NCBI RefSeq assembly: GCF_002113885.1
Contig: NW_018404981.1
Location: forward strand, 90,136 to 154,135
Reading direction: 5' to 3'
Length of the DNA stretch: 64,000 nucleotides
Source: Mizuhopecten yessoensis
Taxonomy: Eukaryota
The notes beneath the pieces were generated by a model, which was not told the origin of the DNA, searched no databases, and worked only from the letters and a program-made list of their open reading frames with translations. Each line of letters starts with the position of its first letter. The stretch's first letter is position 1. Shown here in pieces: positions 1 to 15,300 of this stretch. The translations under genes were made by a program, and so were the position numbers.

Positions 1-436
1 GAGAAGAAGATTTTTGAAATTTTAGTCAATTCGACCCTTTTTGGCCCCGCCCCTCAGGCTTCTGGGGCGTAGGACTAAACCGGCAACTAGTTTTGTTGAC
101 CTTTGTCCATGAAACGTCCCTGCAAAATTTCATTGCAATTGGTTCAGGGGTTTTGGAGAAGAAGATTTTTGAAATTTTAGTCAATTTGACCCCTTTTGGC
201 CTTGCCCCTCAGGCCCCTGGGGGCGTAGGACTAAACCGGCAACTATTTTTGTTGACCTTTGTCCATGGAAGGTCCCTGCAAAATTTCATTGAAATTGGTT
301 CAGGGGTTTTGGAGAAGAAGTCGAAAATGTAAATTGTTTACGGACGCACGACGGACGACGAACGACGGACGACGGACGACGACGGACAAAAGGCGATCGC
401 AATAGGTCACTTGAGACTTTGTCTCAGGTGACCTAA
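1..436 (+). mobile_element. Helentron/HINE-like (pearl/DTC-type) element: about 156-bp tandem core, (GACG) microsatellite, 3' palindrome
   Basis: Unit restarts at 1, 156 and 312; ggacgac repeats at 341-387; hairpin taggtcacttgagac-ttt-gtctcaggtgaccta at 403-435. Confidence 0.65.
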
Positions 437-1068
437 AAAAGCGAAAAGGAAGTCTACATACATCTCAACTTTGTGACGCTGACCGGACGGGGGTCTGTAC
501 TATTTTTAACATATTCTACGGTGGCTTGATATATATTCAAAGGTTAGAAAAACAATGGCCAACGAAGACTGAAGGTGCATCGCAAAAACGTATTGCGTGG
601 CATTTTATTATGTCGTTCCGGCGATTATGAAAAACCGCCATTTGCGACATATTTTAGATGATATGGTTTTCTTATCTTCTTAATTCTGAACAAAATATTC
701 TAAAGGTGATATCAGCCGAGCAACTCTCGAAGTAAGATGGATAGATTATTCAGAGCACATTTGATTATCTGAACGGGACATCTGAAGCACTCGTCCGGGT
801 TATGACACGTAAACTCTCCCGATGACACCCGGTTCACATTCCTTGCAAGGATTGTCGGCAAATGAAACTGTGAGGAAATTGGGAACACACCTCAAATGAA
901 TGAAGAAATTAAAGGCAACACCATTTCATAACACAACATACCAAAATAAACAAATCAGAATGGTAATACCCAAAATTTACATCAACAAACACGAATAAGC
1001 ATCGCCCAAGTCACCTTTGTGACCCATTTGTAACCAAAATGGGGAAAAGGGGGGTGTGTGTGTGTGGG

Positions 1069-1538
1069 NNNNNNNNNNNNNNNNNNNNNNNNNNNNNNNN
1101 NNNNNNNNNNNNNNNNNNNNNNNNNNNNNNNNNNNNNNNNNNNNNNNNNNNNNNNNNNNNNNNNNNNNNNNNNNNNNNNNNNNNNNNNNNNNNNNNNNNN
1201 NNNNNNNNNNNNNNNNNNNNNNNNNNNNNNNNNNNNNNNNNNNNNNNNNNNNNNNNNNNNNNNNNNNNNNNNNNNNNNNNNNNNNNNNNNNNNNNNNNNN
1301 NNNNNNNNNNNNNNNNNNNNNNNNNNNNNNNNNNNNNNNNNNNNNNNNNNNNNNNNNNNNNNNNNNNNNNNNNNNNNNNNNNNNNNNNNNNNNNNNNNNN
1401 NNNNNNNNNNNNNNNNNNNNNNNNNNNNNNNNNNNNNNNNNNNNNNNNNNNNNNNNNNNNNNNNNNNNNNNNNNNNNNNNNNNNNNNNNNNNNNNNNNNN
1501 NNNNNNNNNNNNNNNNNNNNNNNNNNNNNNNNNNNNNN
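1069..1538. other. Assembly gap
   Basis: Run of N. Confidence 1.
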
Positions 1539-4500
1539 GGGGGGGGTACATCGACATCGAATAACACAAGCCCTATAGATATACATGTCCTCCTGTAGTC
1601 AGGTGATCACAGAACGTTGGTAATTTCTCCACAATAACAATACAAAATTCTTACTCTGTATTATCATGGGAAACAGATCAGTTGTTCTTGAAACGACGTT
1701 AAACCTTCATATTTACATTACGTATCTAGGTAAACTTGAGATATATACAAAGCAATGTGTATTTTCCGTATATTTGTTTGCATACGTATTTCACAAACCT
1801 CGCGTATATCAATCTATTCTACCACAGTGGTTAACGCAAATAGATATATCTTGGTGTCAATAAATTTTAGACATTTTTTTTGTGCATGAAATCCAAAATA
1901 AAAACTGAAGTCTGTTGCTGATATCCAAACCACTTTCGATGATCTGTGAATGTTGTTTTGTTGACTGAAAACTACAATAGCCGAGGGCTGCCAGGCTAAA
2001 ATAATAACTAGAAATACAAAACAAAACAAAAAAACAAACAAAAATAAACATTTGTCACTGCACCAATATTTTCATCTCGTCCGTTTTAACTCAACAATGG
2101 TCATTATTATCAAAAGAACTTGAAAGAATGATTTAAGTGTTCCGAAAACTATACAGTATACAGGGAAGGAAGTGGAATTGGATACATGTGAGGATATTCC
2201 TATCGTGAACTTTCTCTTGATTCATAGTAACGTCCCTGATCCCTGATGTTGTGCCCTTAATTCACAAGATGTTTCGAAAAAGTAAATATTTTTTAGGCAC
2301 CCAAATAAGAAATGATAGCTCTTCACCTGGTTTATATCGTGGTATGAGGCTGATTGTAAGCTAACTCATTCTCCAGGAAAATAAAGTCCTTTCCGTTCAA
2401 TATTATCAAAGATTGAAGCACATTGTGCAAGATATCTATGGAATATAAAGTAAGAATGAACCAGAGAAATACAATTATTCTGTAATGAAAATTTATTCCA
2501 ATGACTGAAGCAGTTGCATGCTAAGTGTGGTGTAATCATGTTTTTCCCTTTCTTCATAAATGCTTTTCAGTCCGTTTCTACATGCAACGACAACGATGGA
2601 TGATGACGTGGGATATACAGATGGTATTTTGTTCTTATTTTACTAACACCACTCTCAAAACACCAATATCAAACAAAACATTTAAGTTTATTGTACACAA
2701 ATAAAGCGAATAAATAATGAAGCGAAGACATTACTTCAATATAAATATAAAGAAAAAAGAAGTTACTGAAAATAATAGAGGGAGAACAATTCATGTTTCG
2801 TATCGACCGACTTTAAAACTAGCAGTGTTAACCCATAACTCTGGTATTTCACAATAATTACCAAACAGGTCAATTCCTTTCAAATTCTAAGCGCCTTCTA
2901 GGTAAGATATGCTTATCAAGAATGCTTTTTCATACGACTGCTGTTTTGCTTCAGCTCTTTACATTTTATTACTCGGTACATGGTTAATGAAATAGAGTAA
3001 ACTCATTATGATCCTTTAAAGTTTGTGTAACACTACAGGTATACAATAATAGTACATCTATATGCGGCACATAATATTGAATGTAGTCCTTTTGTTTGTA
3101 AAATGTTTAGATTTTAATGTGAGCGCTAAAATCGGAATGCGTAATTTTTGATGAAAATTGTTGTATAAATGAATTTAACGTAAACCAAATTGGCAACGAC
3201 TGGAAGCACGCATGCGTGTGCGTAGGCAAAAAATTAAGACCAGTTATTTTGCGTATGTCGTGTCGTCTTCATACTATTGAAGTGTGATGACATGTAGTTT
3301 TTGACATCATGAAGTTGTCCGTTTCAAATAAACAAGAAAAGCCCTGTAACAAATGCTAAATTTGAAGTCAGTCTTTTCATCGTATATCTGAAACGAATCG
3401 AGAACCGAAAACAGCGAGTTTTCTGCAATCTTCAACACAGACAAATTCTGGGAATTAAAATGAAAAAGGGAATGAGTCTACAAAATACAAAGGTCGAAAT
3501 ACAAGTAAACGAGAGCAATGTTTTTGTTTAATACAGTGAACGATCTAGGAAATTAATTGTTATTTGGATGCCAACATGGCAGCATTAATGAGATGATTAT
3601 TCTATAGTGACATGTTCGTGTAACACCTAATGAGTAATACGAGTGAGGTGAATTGCATTCATACTACGAACAGTACTGTTATATCATTCTGAGGATTACA
3701 CAAGTCTTACACTCCTACAAAATTACATCTTTATTGAAACAAAACTATCATGTTTTCCAAAACACTTACAATGCAAGTATTTACGTTAGTGCGCTTATTG
3801 GAATTTTGTCGTTTCCTATGGGCAAGTAAAAACAGTTCAATAATATTATCTTCCTTTATTGAAATATTTTAATATCATTAAAATTATTATCTAAACAAAT
3901 TCAACATTTAATTAAAATGTGTGAGTATATCACTTATGTTTGTTGAAGTTAGTGAGAAGAACAGCCATCTTCTGGGGAGGGGATCCGGCATTACAAGTTT
4001 AACGCCATGATAGTAAAGATGTCAAAAATCTACATTGGCATTCTTTTTTTTTTAGGTTCTGCGTTTGTTTTGATTATCATCAAAATGTGGTGTTAATTAC
4101 GCATGTCAAAACATAAAACTGTTATTGTCGATTTTATATGACGTGCTAAACAACAGGTCAGAACCATTGTGGTAGTTTTTTTCACATCATCGATAAACTG
4201 TCAACCGCAACGCAGCTGGTTACAATGTAGACCAAGGAAGGGCATTTGTGTCTGCCTGGGGGATCTGTAGGACTAGGCAATTCATTGATAGGCCAAGGAA
4301 ATGTGAACTATTTTTTTATTCTTCAAGTTTGCAGGCGCTTCACATCTATTTCTCTTTAATTTATTGGCATTTATTCATATTGCCTATTACTATATTCTGA
4401 TTATAGTCCAACAAGCATTGAAAACAACCCGCCTAACTATATCTTATTTCATAGGTATCTCATAGGTAAGACACCAATGGAAAACCCAAGGCATATGAAT

Positions 4501-6208
4501 ATGTATCTGTTTTAAAGTAGGATATAAATATGTGTTTTTTGAGGGTTTATTTTCAAGACCTGATTTCAATGCGTGATCCTAAAAGCGTTTAAAAAACAAC
4601 AGACAACTGCAGCTGACAGTGTGTGATATATGTTCAGGACAAATGACTCGCAGTGATCAAGTGGCCATTTATTGTAAAAAGTGGGATCCAAGACCTGATA
4701 TCAGTATTCCTTTCCTAGAATGGCTACCAGTCCCTCAGATTTTTTTGAAGGATTTTCCAACTGCATTTTGCTACTGGCTTATATCCCCTAGTTTGAAATT
4801 ATTAGAGTCAATTTTAAGCTGAGTGATTCAATATTGTAGAGATCGGGGCCGATCAATACCATTCCAGAAGGTACTTAGACACAAAATTTGGTAATTGTTA
4901 CTGACTATGCATGAGATACATCCCGAAAAACCTGATCAATTAACTGACTGACGGACCAGTAATACCGGGGACCTATTATGTCTACTGGTATCATCCATCG
5001 GGGCACTATTATATAAATTTACATTCGATTTAAAACTTTATCAAAGGAGGAGCTCAAAGTCTTGAATTCCAGGATGCCATGGTTTCAGCGCCATAGCAGG
5101 CCAGAGCTGATATTGTTCATAACTTTTGTATAGAAGGTACAGACCTTTTAACGATAACGAAAGAGATTTTCTACCATTGTATTTCTTACGTCACAGTGTG
5201 ACATTTAATTTGGTAAATGACGTCACAGTCGCCGAACCATTGGTTAATTAAACGATATTGTAAATGAAAGTGTTCCATGGCTTGTAATTAAAACAGTTAA
5301 ATCCGAGCTCGAAATTTTAGAAGTATTTAACATAAGCAAATGTGTAAAAAAAAAAAATTAAGATTGGATTATAGCCCCACAGTAACATAATGTTCCCAAA
5401 TAAACCGCAATTTGTTGTTTACTGTGTTCAGTGATAGGACATCTAGATATGAATTATGTTAAGAGAAATGCTCAGAATGATCAAACAGTATCGCATTTGC
5501 ATGATTTCCTATATCATAGAGATGATAATACTAGAAACGTTTATTTTATTTTCGAAATATGATTTCGTTTAAAACTTAAACAGTTGAGGCAACAATATGA
5601 GTTATGAAAGCCAACAGCATTAGAGGAAGCTTGTGCTTTCTCAAGATTAACAATCCAAGAGCATCTCCATACTAATATATTTACATTATTTTAGATTAAT
5701 TACGAAAGATATTGTACAGGGACTTTGAAATTGAAGGCTTATGTAACTTTGAAATAGAGCAGGCGTCCACTCTCAAGATTAAAGAGAATGTAACGTTACG
5801 TCATAATTATGATGACGTCAGAAATTGAGAATGACATTCCTAGCACTATGTCTGAAATTGATACTGTATAGGGATTGTAAATACATGACAAATAACTAGC
5901 ACTATGTTTATATAAAGTTAGCATATAGGATTTTAATGGCGATTAATTCATGTTCGCAATTTAGCCCTACCCGTTTTAAACTATATTAAAGTTACGCATT
6001 CGTTTTTTGAAAGGCACATGTGCGTCAAGATTACAAATTATGGCATTAATATTAAAAAGGGCCAATTTGATTTTAAGTGTCAAATTCTGAAAGACTCACA
6101 GTATCAATTTCATTCTGTCTGCACTTTGATTATTAGCGTTAATATACTGTACGTTTGATACAATGAAAATCAAAGCATGTACAAAAATCATTATTATGTA
6201 ATACTGGA

Positions 6209-6314
6209 TCAGCATACGGGCTTCATGTCCTTTTCCATTTCCGGTAGCTCGGGGATTAGTTTCTCACATCCATGGAGCCTATGTGGATTAGCACTTGACG
6301 CGAGATCGATGAAT
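6209..6314 (-). CDS. Laminin-like gene exon 25 (terminal, stop)
   Basis: FIDLASSANPHRLHGCEKLIPELPEMEKDMKPVC*; acceptor ttgacag, phase 2 fits. Confidence 0.75.
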
Positions 6315-9300
6315 CTGTCAAGAAATGAAATTGACCTATCGGTTAATTTTACAAACGTCAGTGTAGCTACGATATCCTGTTATAAACTTATCGATATTGG
6401 ATAGTCTCTCATGTATTCACAACCATAATTTCATAAATATGATATTTTATCAAGGTAGCAATTAATGGGGAAATTATAAATTTCAAGCTAGATCAAAATG
6501 TATGACACACCGATACAATATATATCTACAATATCAATGCTTATATCAAAGATATACAATTGCTTAGTATCTAAATACCAATCTCTTTGTCAAATTATCT
6601 ACAAATACCGATTTCTTTATTAAAGGACACCACTGAAAGGTATCTAAACAATTCCATCTTTGAGGGTTATAAAAGAGGGAGGTAAGGAAACGCCAATGCA
6701 GCTCAAAGACTCGAATGTCCTGATTACGTAAAGACACTGAATGTTTGTGGCAGGATGAAGTAAGGTTTATGGCATGTTTCACACAGCTTAGACTAGACGT
6801 ATAACATAGTTACATAAGGCATGCTTATCTCTGACAAAGCATATGCTAAATTCCAAGTGGGGTCAGATATCCAAATCCAAAATGAGTAGTTTTATTATCT
6901 TCTCAAAAGGTGTTTTTGTCTAGTTTATAAATAATCCGGATATTCTGTCGTAGATTCCGTAGTATAGTCATACTCACACGTCATTGACAATGACACGTGC
7001 TACTCCTCCAGTAAATGTGGCCGGGTCCTCGCCTTCCTCTCCTCCGACCGTAATTTGGTATTCTGGAGGGCTGTCCCCGCCTATAGTTAGCCATCCTTTC
7101 TGTTTATGTTGCAGGGTCACTGACGTACCATTCAGCGTAACCTTTACTCTATCCCTGCACGAAACATATTGTATTTTAAATATCATTTTTTATTTTGGAT
7201 AGAAAAGATATGAATATATTTACGTCTATTCGCTCTTAGGGTTCTTTCTTGTTGTATTGTCGCATGTACTGACAAGGAAACCCAGCAACATGCTTGCTTT
7301 TAGTCGTATGTGATGATACCATTGTATGTCTTTATGACGTCACAATCATTGTTATTACATGAGATTCATATCAAAATTAGTTTCTGCTTTAATTGCGTCT
7401 TTGATACCAGGGGTAACGATCACTTTCGCCCTCTGCACCCCTGGAATATGTCATAGCAAAATAGAAGGATCAGTGTGCGCCACTTTGTAGATGAGACAAG
7501 AAATTTAGTTTGATTATTTGGTGTACACCAAAAGAAGAATTTCGCGGTAGCGTAACAGTAAAACGTTCCTCTGTAATCTTCAAAGGTCATGTATTAGCCT
7601 AGTGATTGATCAGGTATTTCTACCTGAGACCATTCAAATAGCTAGCCATGTGCCTTCAATTTTGCTATGAAATATTCCAGGGGTTCAGAGAACGTAAGTG
7701 AGCGTTACCTCTGCAGCATCGAGGATGCTTTAATTGATGTGCATACAAGCATGACAAACTCCTATAGATGTGAAAAATAGATATTTGAATACTATCAAAT
7801 GTTATGCTTCTGTAACTAATTACAGATATTTCGTAACAATTATTACTTTGCAGTCGTTGTTCGCACACACATGGTATCAGTGGTTAACGGTGCGTTTAGT
7901 GTAAATTCCTCCTTCGACTTACGCTAGCCGAGGGGCTTATTGTTTTCAAAATATTTTAGCTTTATCTTGCTATATTTCTAATATTGTTTTAAATGGACTG
8001 TAATTGTTTTGTGTGTTTTTTCTGTGTCTCGATAAAGGAGCGGATTGCTCCGAAAATTTGACGATATCATACTGTCTACGCTGTAAGAATGACCTCCTTG
8101 CCCCACGTAAGTATGGAGAGGAATACTACACATACTCTAGGTCCTCCACGACAAGGGTCATCCACGTTTCCTCGTGGTGGGGTGTGGTAAATAGCTTCTC
8201 CTCGTTGTCCACCACACTTTCGGTGATGGTCACTCCCGCAGCATCCAAGTCTATGTTGATGTTAAATTTCTAGGAAACAATCGAGTAATGTTAATCATCT
8301 ATATAAAAGAAATATTTTGCTAGGGATGTGGGGAAATAGCAACCAATTACAACCTAATTTTGACATTAACATTTTACAACAATAAACAATAGTTTGCAAA
8401 CAAAAACTTCTGCATAGATAAGAAACTGTGTAAAGAAATATAGATCTCGTCAGTATTAACGTAGTTTACCCGACCTCATTTAACTGCAAAGATTCCGGTC
8501 ATTTTCAAACATGAGCCGGATATGGCTGTGTCTCCTCATCTTTGAACTTCCTCTACACATTAGAACTTTACACGCCAAGTTTAATTGAAATCTCTCCATA
8601 TTTTAGGGCATTTATCACATCGCCTACTATTAGTTTGAAACAAACTCCTACACGGAAAAATACATGACACAAGCTACCCCTTACGATAGAACTAATCACC
8701 AAATCACAGAAACCTGTATTTTAATGAAAACATCTTACGTCTTTCCTTTTATAGTTGAGAACTGTACCAGCAGCACCGCTACTGACTGTGACGTATATCC
8801 GGGTTGACTCCAGCAGCTCGTCTAACGTTACTGGCGTACTATTTTCCGTAAATTTAACACAGTGATGCCACACCTGAAATGGAGATGTTACGCATTGTTG
8901 TTACAACCCGTTTACTGATTGGCATGTAGCTAATATACAACTATGCTAAATGCCACCACGCATTGTTTGCAATTTAAGTTAAATGACGTGAATCTAAATA
9001 TAAACTCAATGCCATCATTTATCTCACCAACAAAATAGTTATGACGTTATAATAACCATAAGACTTTGTGAATGCATATCCTACCTTGGGTAATTTCTCA
9101 ATCATTTCTGGCTGAAGTCATTTTTTCTATAAATATTGATTTATATCAAAGTTTTACTTTATACACAAACAACGTACGTATCAAACGTGTCGCAACGTTT
9201 CAAGACCGATTGGTCCCTTTGTCAAGCTATGACAAGCTATCAATAGGTGAAACGTACGGAAGCCCTGGAGGGACATTTTTAGTTACCACTTATATGTTAG

Positions 9301-12300
9301 CATTTATTTGTTACTACTTATAAGTGGTAACTAAAATTGTCCCTCTAGGGCTTCCGTAGAAACATCCCGGTTCGAGTGTCATCATCCCTGATACTACAGG
9401 GGTTTCGCTCACTTTCGCTTTATTCACCCCTGGAATATATCGTAGCTAAATTGAAGACACAAGTCTCGCTATTTGATTTGTCTCATGTAAAAAAACACCT
9501 AACCAATTGCTAGGTTCATACATGCCTTTTGAAAATAACAGAGAAGCGATATCCAACTTCAAATCCCGTCAATTGTACCGTTATGCGACAGTGAGATTTT
9601 TCTTATATACACCAAAGGAATAAACTAGTCTTCTTGTCTCATTCACAAGGTGCTGCACACTGAGCCTTCAAATTTGCTATGACATATTTCAGGGATATGC
9701 AGAAAGCGAAAGTGAGAGTTAATACATTTTTTTTGTCACATCGTTGTACAGGTAAACAATACAAGTCTCTCACTCAGTCAGAGCTTGACAAATGGACCAG
9801 TCGGTCATTAAACCTTGCGCCACGTTTAATACGTACACTGTGTATAAAGTATGACTTTGATATTGAATATTTCTAACCCGATGAATCTTATTGAAGATAA
9901 ATATGTATTCTATTCTTCATATACCTAATCCCATGTCACCGATAACAACGGTCAGTTTCAATTAATTAACGAAACCGACAACGAACAGGGTACTATATGG
10001 TTGCAGGTATATTACATTGTCAGCGACAATTGATATTTGGAATGAATGACAAACGCATTAAAATATTATTCTTATGACAAATAATATTATGGCATTGAAT
10101 ATTGCATTCATGTGTTTATCTTTATTTTTTGTAATGTAAATTCCGAAAACACAAATTTTAATTAAAACGGAACAGGTACATTTGTAAAACACTTCACGAG
10201 CATCAGATAAATATGTATTGAGGTCAACTTGATTCTCTACAGACTGACATTGCAAAAGACCAATCCCTACAACGTAGTACAGGGAGGATATTTCTATCGT
10301 TTTTAATATCAGTGATCGTATCCTAGCAACGCTAGAAGTATTAATAACCCTCCTGTATTTCACTCCGTAACTAAGTAACAAATATCCATGGCACCAGCTA
10401 CGTCTTAACCAAATACCATAAGTATGCGCAAAAATAGATTGAAATGTATGACCTATGTCAACAAGTACAAAATATGTTATGGATGATTCAATAAGTTACG
10501 TACAGACATATGCAAATCTACCTGCTTTAGGTTAGGTATGTCCACCTCCGTTATATATATGTTTGAATAATCCTTTTTAGATCTTTTAATCAATGAATCA
10601 GTACACATAATTACCAACATGATATTTCGCACATGGATAAGTTGATCCTCAAGGTTCTATTATTACAAAAACACGACAAGGAGCCGAGAATATCGTCCCT
10701 TATAATTCTGTATAAAAATACAATTCAGTCACCTGCCACTTATTCTAATAGCATTGTTATTGGCAGAGAGAACATGCATTCTTTAATGTTTAAGTAATAT
10801 CAAGTTAATTGAAGTTTCTTAAAAATATAAATGTATTGTTTCATGGGTAAAAAATAAATTGTTATTCTTTTAATCATTACCAAAACAAATACGTTACAAT
10901 ATCGTAATTAATCTGAAAAGTGTGAAAAGGGCGAATATGAGTTACTATAAAAGTAATATAGTCAAGTGCCGAATACATGGGATACTGAACATCTGAGGAG
11001 GCCACGGTGGCCATGTTTAAATGACCGATTAGAAAATGAAATGCGTTACGCACAGGCACGCATGACCGCAAGAAGAAAAAGAAGAGGAAGAAGGAAGTGA
11101 AAGATGAGGTAAACTACGTCCCCAAATCTGGAGGACTTCATAAAGAAAAACGCAGTATTATACTATATTGATTTGACAAAAACACTCATCAATAAAACTC
11201 ACACTGTCTGTGCACGAACCATACACCACGTTCCTGCTTTCTTGTAGCATGTACATGGGAATGTCCTTGTCTGATATACGTAGTGTTGAGATACATCCAG
11301 TCAGTGACCTTCAAAATACAGGTTAGATAAAAGTACATCCTTAAAGTTATTGAATTGGTCAAAACCACTGTCTATGTCCATGATAAGTGACTCATCTCCC
11401 TCTCCCAACATACCCTACCCCACCCTATCTCGATAACTACTAAATTACAGAGTTTTTATTTAACTTATTCTGTTTATGCTCCGGAATTGTCTCTTTTCGC
11501 ATTATTCCTCTTTTATCATTCAAAATATCCAAAGAAAACACAAATACTATGGATAAGCAGTATTATCCGAAAGCAAGCCCATAGAACAAACGAAATGAAA
11601 TGTTGTTGAATTCGAATACCTTTTCTAGGAAATATACACCACATGGCCGTAGCAGCGGGTAATAAGGTAAAAATGTGAATTTTTTCCATTTAATGCATTC
11701 AATGTGGCTTTCTTTTCACCCCTTTTTTCTGTAATAAAATTAGGTTTGTACCTGAGCTTTGTTTTACCAGAAATGATTTGACTCTTCGAACCTAAGCCAG
11801 CAACGTAAATGCCGTCGTCTATTCTGGGAGGGATTTCTTGCGTGGACGTCTCTGGAGAAAACGTGTCTGACACACCATCTAGTGTTGCCTGTATTTCTCT
11901 TGTCTGTACGTTCACCTGCCAAAAAGATCATCAGAGTTTTGAACTGAATTTAATCGACAAAACACTTGTTACTGAAAATCAGATTTTGTCGTTGGACCCA
12001 AATTTCGTGGTTTCTTCAAAACACACTATTTCGTGGGTACATGATTCTTGCATAAAAGGTATCTATTTATAGGGAGAATAGCTTTATGTCAAACCTGAAA
12101 TTCCTTCCTGGACCTATGAATAAGTGCATGAAGAGAACCCACGAAATCAACAAAATTTAAAATCCTACGACTATTAGTGATTTAACAGTAATATATCGGA
12201 TAATATATTATAGAGACACCAAACTATATCTTTTACATGCACGTACTACCTTACTCTAACCTTTAAATCAAATCCAAAAATGTTTTGTCAACAAAATAAT

Positions 12301-15300
12301 GTAACATATCTTGTATAGACGGTACTTTGAATGTGCCAAATTAGGCTTTTTTTCTTTGAATTCGTCTTAATGCTGTACTCTAGCTATCGTTCGGCTTTTT
12401 TAATGAATATTCACTCTCTCGAATCAATTAACAGTGATGAAATGTATCAATTGGTAATTATATTCATACAATTGATATTCATTTATCTGCATTTGAATAT
12501 AGTTATAGCCAAAAATTGACTAAAATGTTGCAACACTTACCTCTACAATGTGGAATAACCCATCTGCGTATGTATTATTGTTGCTTCTAAGAACAGTTGT
12601 TCCCCGCTTAGTTCTCGCCTCCATATGTACAGAACCTTCAGAAACGGAAAGAAGCATCTGGAAATGCTGAAACAGAAAAGGAACTCATGATACTTCGAAA
12701 GGCCCACCTCTTAGCATATACGTGTCTTGCTTTTAGTTCCATATGAGCATTTTTAAAAGCTTAGAAACTGTATGTTACTTAAGCTTTGATACCTGATAGA
12801 GTTGTGATTTAATTGAGATTTAAATGACTCATCGGTCAGGGTTTGAATGACGTTATACAACTTGATATAGCATCTATGTTTGTAAAACATACCATATAGT
12901 CAATATACAAGAACAAATTGATAAAACTTTTTTCTAGATATGTTAAGTTTCTTCCTAGATATGAAGATAATTTAATAATTAACTCATTCAAACTAGTTTT
13001 TGTGTCTTCGCCATTTGACTTCAGAATTTCTTTTGTCTTTCACAAATATCATAGTCAGATATTTTCGTGGGACATAATACCGTTTCGTTGGTACATGATA
13101 ACGAGTACCCACTCAAACGAAAAAATTGCTTTGTCAAATATGTAATTACTATGAATTCGTGGATGAAGATTACCGACGAAATCAATGAAACTAAAAAAAT
13201 ACACGAAACTTAGAGTAAACTGTATCAAGAAAAGAAGTAAGAAATGGCTGTGAAGATACTGGTAAATGCCGTGTGATAAGTTACATCGATATAATGACTG
13301 TTAAACACTTTCATTTTTTAGGACCCAACTTTTATTGTATATTGCATGAGGACCAAAAAATTGAATGGTGTTTTTAATTCGCACTTTAACTCTATTGACA
13401 CCTTTCAATATTTAAAACCCTATTCATAAGCTTACAGTGTAGTAGAATGAATACGTAACGCCAAACTTGATGTATCTTGCACCTAATGTATTTAATGTGT
13501 GTGTGTGCTATGTTTTATATTTCTTAGCCGTGTTGTAAATATTGTGTACTTTCTGTCGACCATACGTGAGCTTAGCTCTTGACTCAATGTGTTCTCGAAT
13601 TTAGATAAAGTCAATTATTTTTATCATCATCTTTCTCTCTTTATTATCCTGTTTATCGCAGTTTCATTGAAGGACTTGAAAATACGAAATAATAACTGAA
13701 TATATAAAGTTTTCGTAGTACTTATTAAAACAAATAGTGAATCAAATATATTCATATTTCCTTTATTGTTCCCAACTGGTGTACCAATAACCCCTGTTCA
13801 GAAGTACGTTTGACATCTATAAATTTCACTGATAAATATATATTTTAATATATATACATGTAAATCACAAATAGCGATAGTATATCTATATCATAAACAG
13901 CGACAATAATTGTGTTTTTGTCTATTCGTATAGAGCCAAATGCTTTTATCTCGTTGCAAATGCCTGATTAAAACGTATAAATGTTATATATTTAGTAACA
14001 TGAATTCTACTTGGGAAGTGATATAGCGTATCTCGGATTGATTTTTGTTCTATTTTATAACGGTAAAGATGACTAAAAACTTGTAAGCACGCGTGATCCG
14101 ATTCTCATTCACATGTACAAAGAAATTATAGATTCTAACACGCATTTTATTTCCACCTCATATTCATGAGTTTTAGCGTGGCTACATATCATACGTAAAT
14201 TAAGATAAGTTCTTATTGCAAATAGTTTGTGAGAGTTTAATCTTATGTTCGTGTTAACTAAATGTCAACGTTACCATTTTGACTTTTTGACTATTTTCGT
14301 CAATGTTACGTCACAATATTATGACGTTATGCATAGTATCGTTATTCTGACGTCACAATTGGTCTTTTTAAAGAAGGGAATATCCATTGCGAAACTGCCT
14401 GAGTTTTTTAATGCTTCATAAATAAGACGACCTCGACGGTAAGCCGGTCTCGAAATTACACCATGGATTCCATTTTAACAAAAATAAACATATTACCGTC
14501 CACATCTTGTCGTAAATAGATGTGACAGTAAATGATATGTTTTCGTATTCGCCCTCCCAAAATGTGACAATGAAATATGATGTCACGCATTTGATTTTAT
14601 TAGAATGTCAAATTACAAAAGTTTCGGAACATGTTTGCTAAAATAAGGTTTTTGTCAGAAAGAAAATGACCAATTCAATATCTTTCAAGAGAGGTGTAGT
14701 AAGCGTAAGCGCACCTGTAGTTGGTCGTTCAATAGCAGCAGGATACCTTCCTTCTGTCGGGTAGAAAATCTCAGATACAGACTTTCCACTCGATAGTACG
14801 GGAGCAACATGGACATAGGGAACATGACATATCCGTTCCCATCAAACACCATTGAAGGTACACTAGATGAAGCACTGTTAAAATAAACATATACATAAGG
14901 CAGCAGCTGAGTATATGGTTGAAATGGATATAAAAAAAANNNNNNNNNNNNNNNNNNNNNNNNNNNNNNNNNNNNNNNNNNNNNNNNNNNNNNNNNNNNN
15001 NNNNNNNNNNNNNNNNNNNNNNNNNNNNNNNNNNNNNNNNNNNNNNNNNNNNNNNNNNNNNNNNNNNNNNNNNNNNNNNNNNNNNNNNNNNNNNNNNNNN
15101 NNNNNNNNNNNNNNNNNNNNNNNNNNNNNNNNNNNNNNNNNNNNNNNNNNNNNNNNNNNNNNNNNNNNNNNNNNNNNNNNNNNNNNNNNNNNNNNNNNNN
15201 NNNNNNNNACATATCCCTCACCAGCGACCGTCATTTACCATACGGTATTAACAAAAATTACATATCCCTCACCAGCGACCGTCATTTACCATACGGTAAT

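Noticed and set aside
977-1598. Long ORFs in the supplied track
   Set aside because: Artefacts of the N gap.
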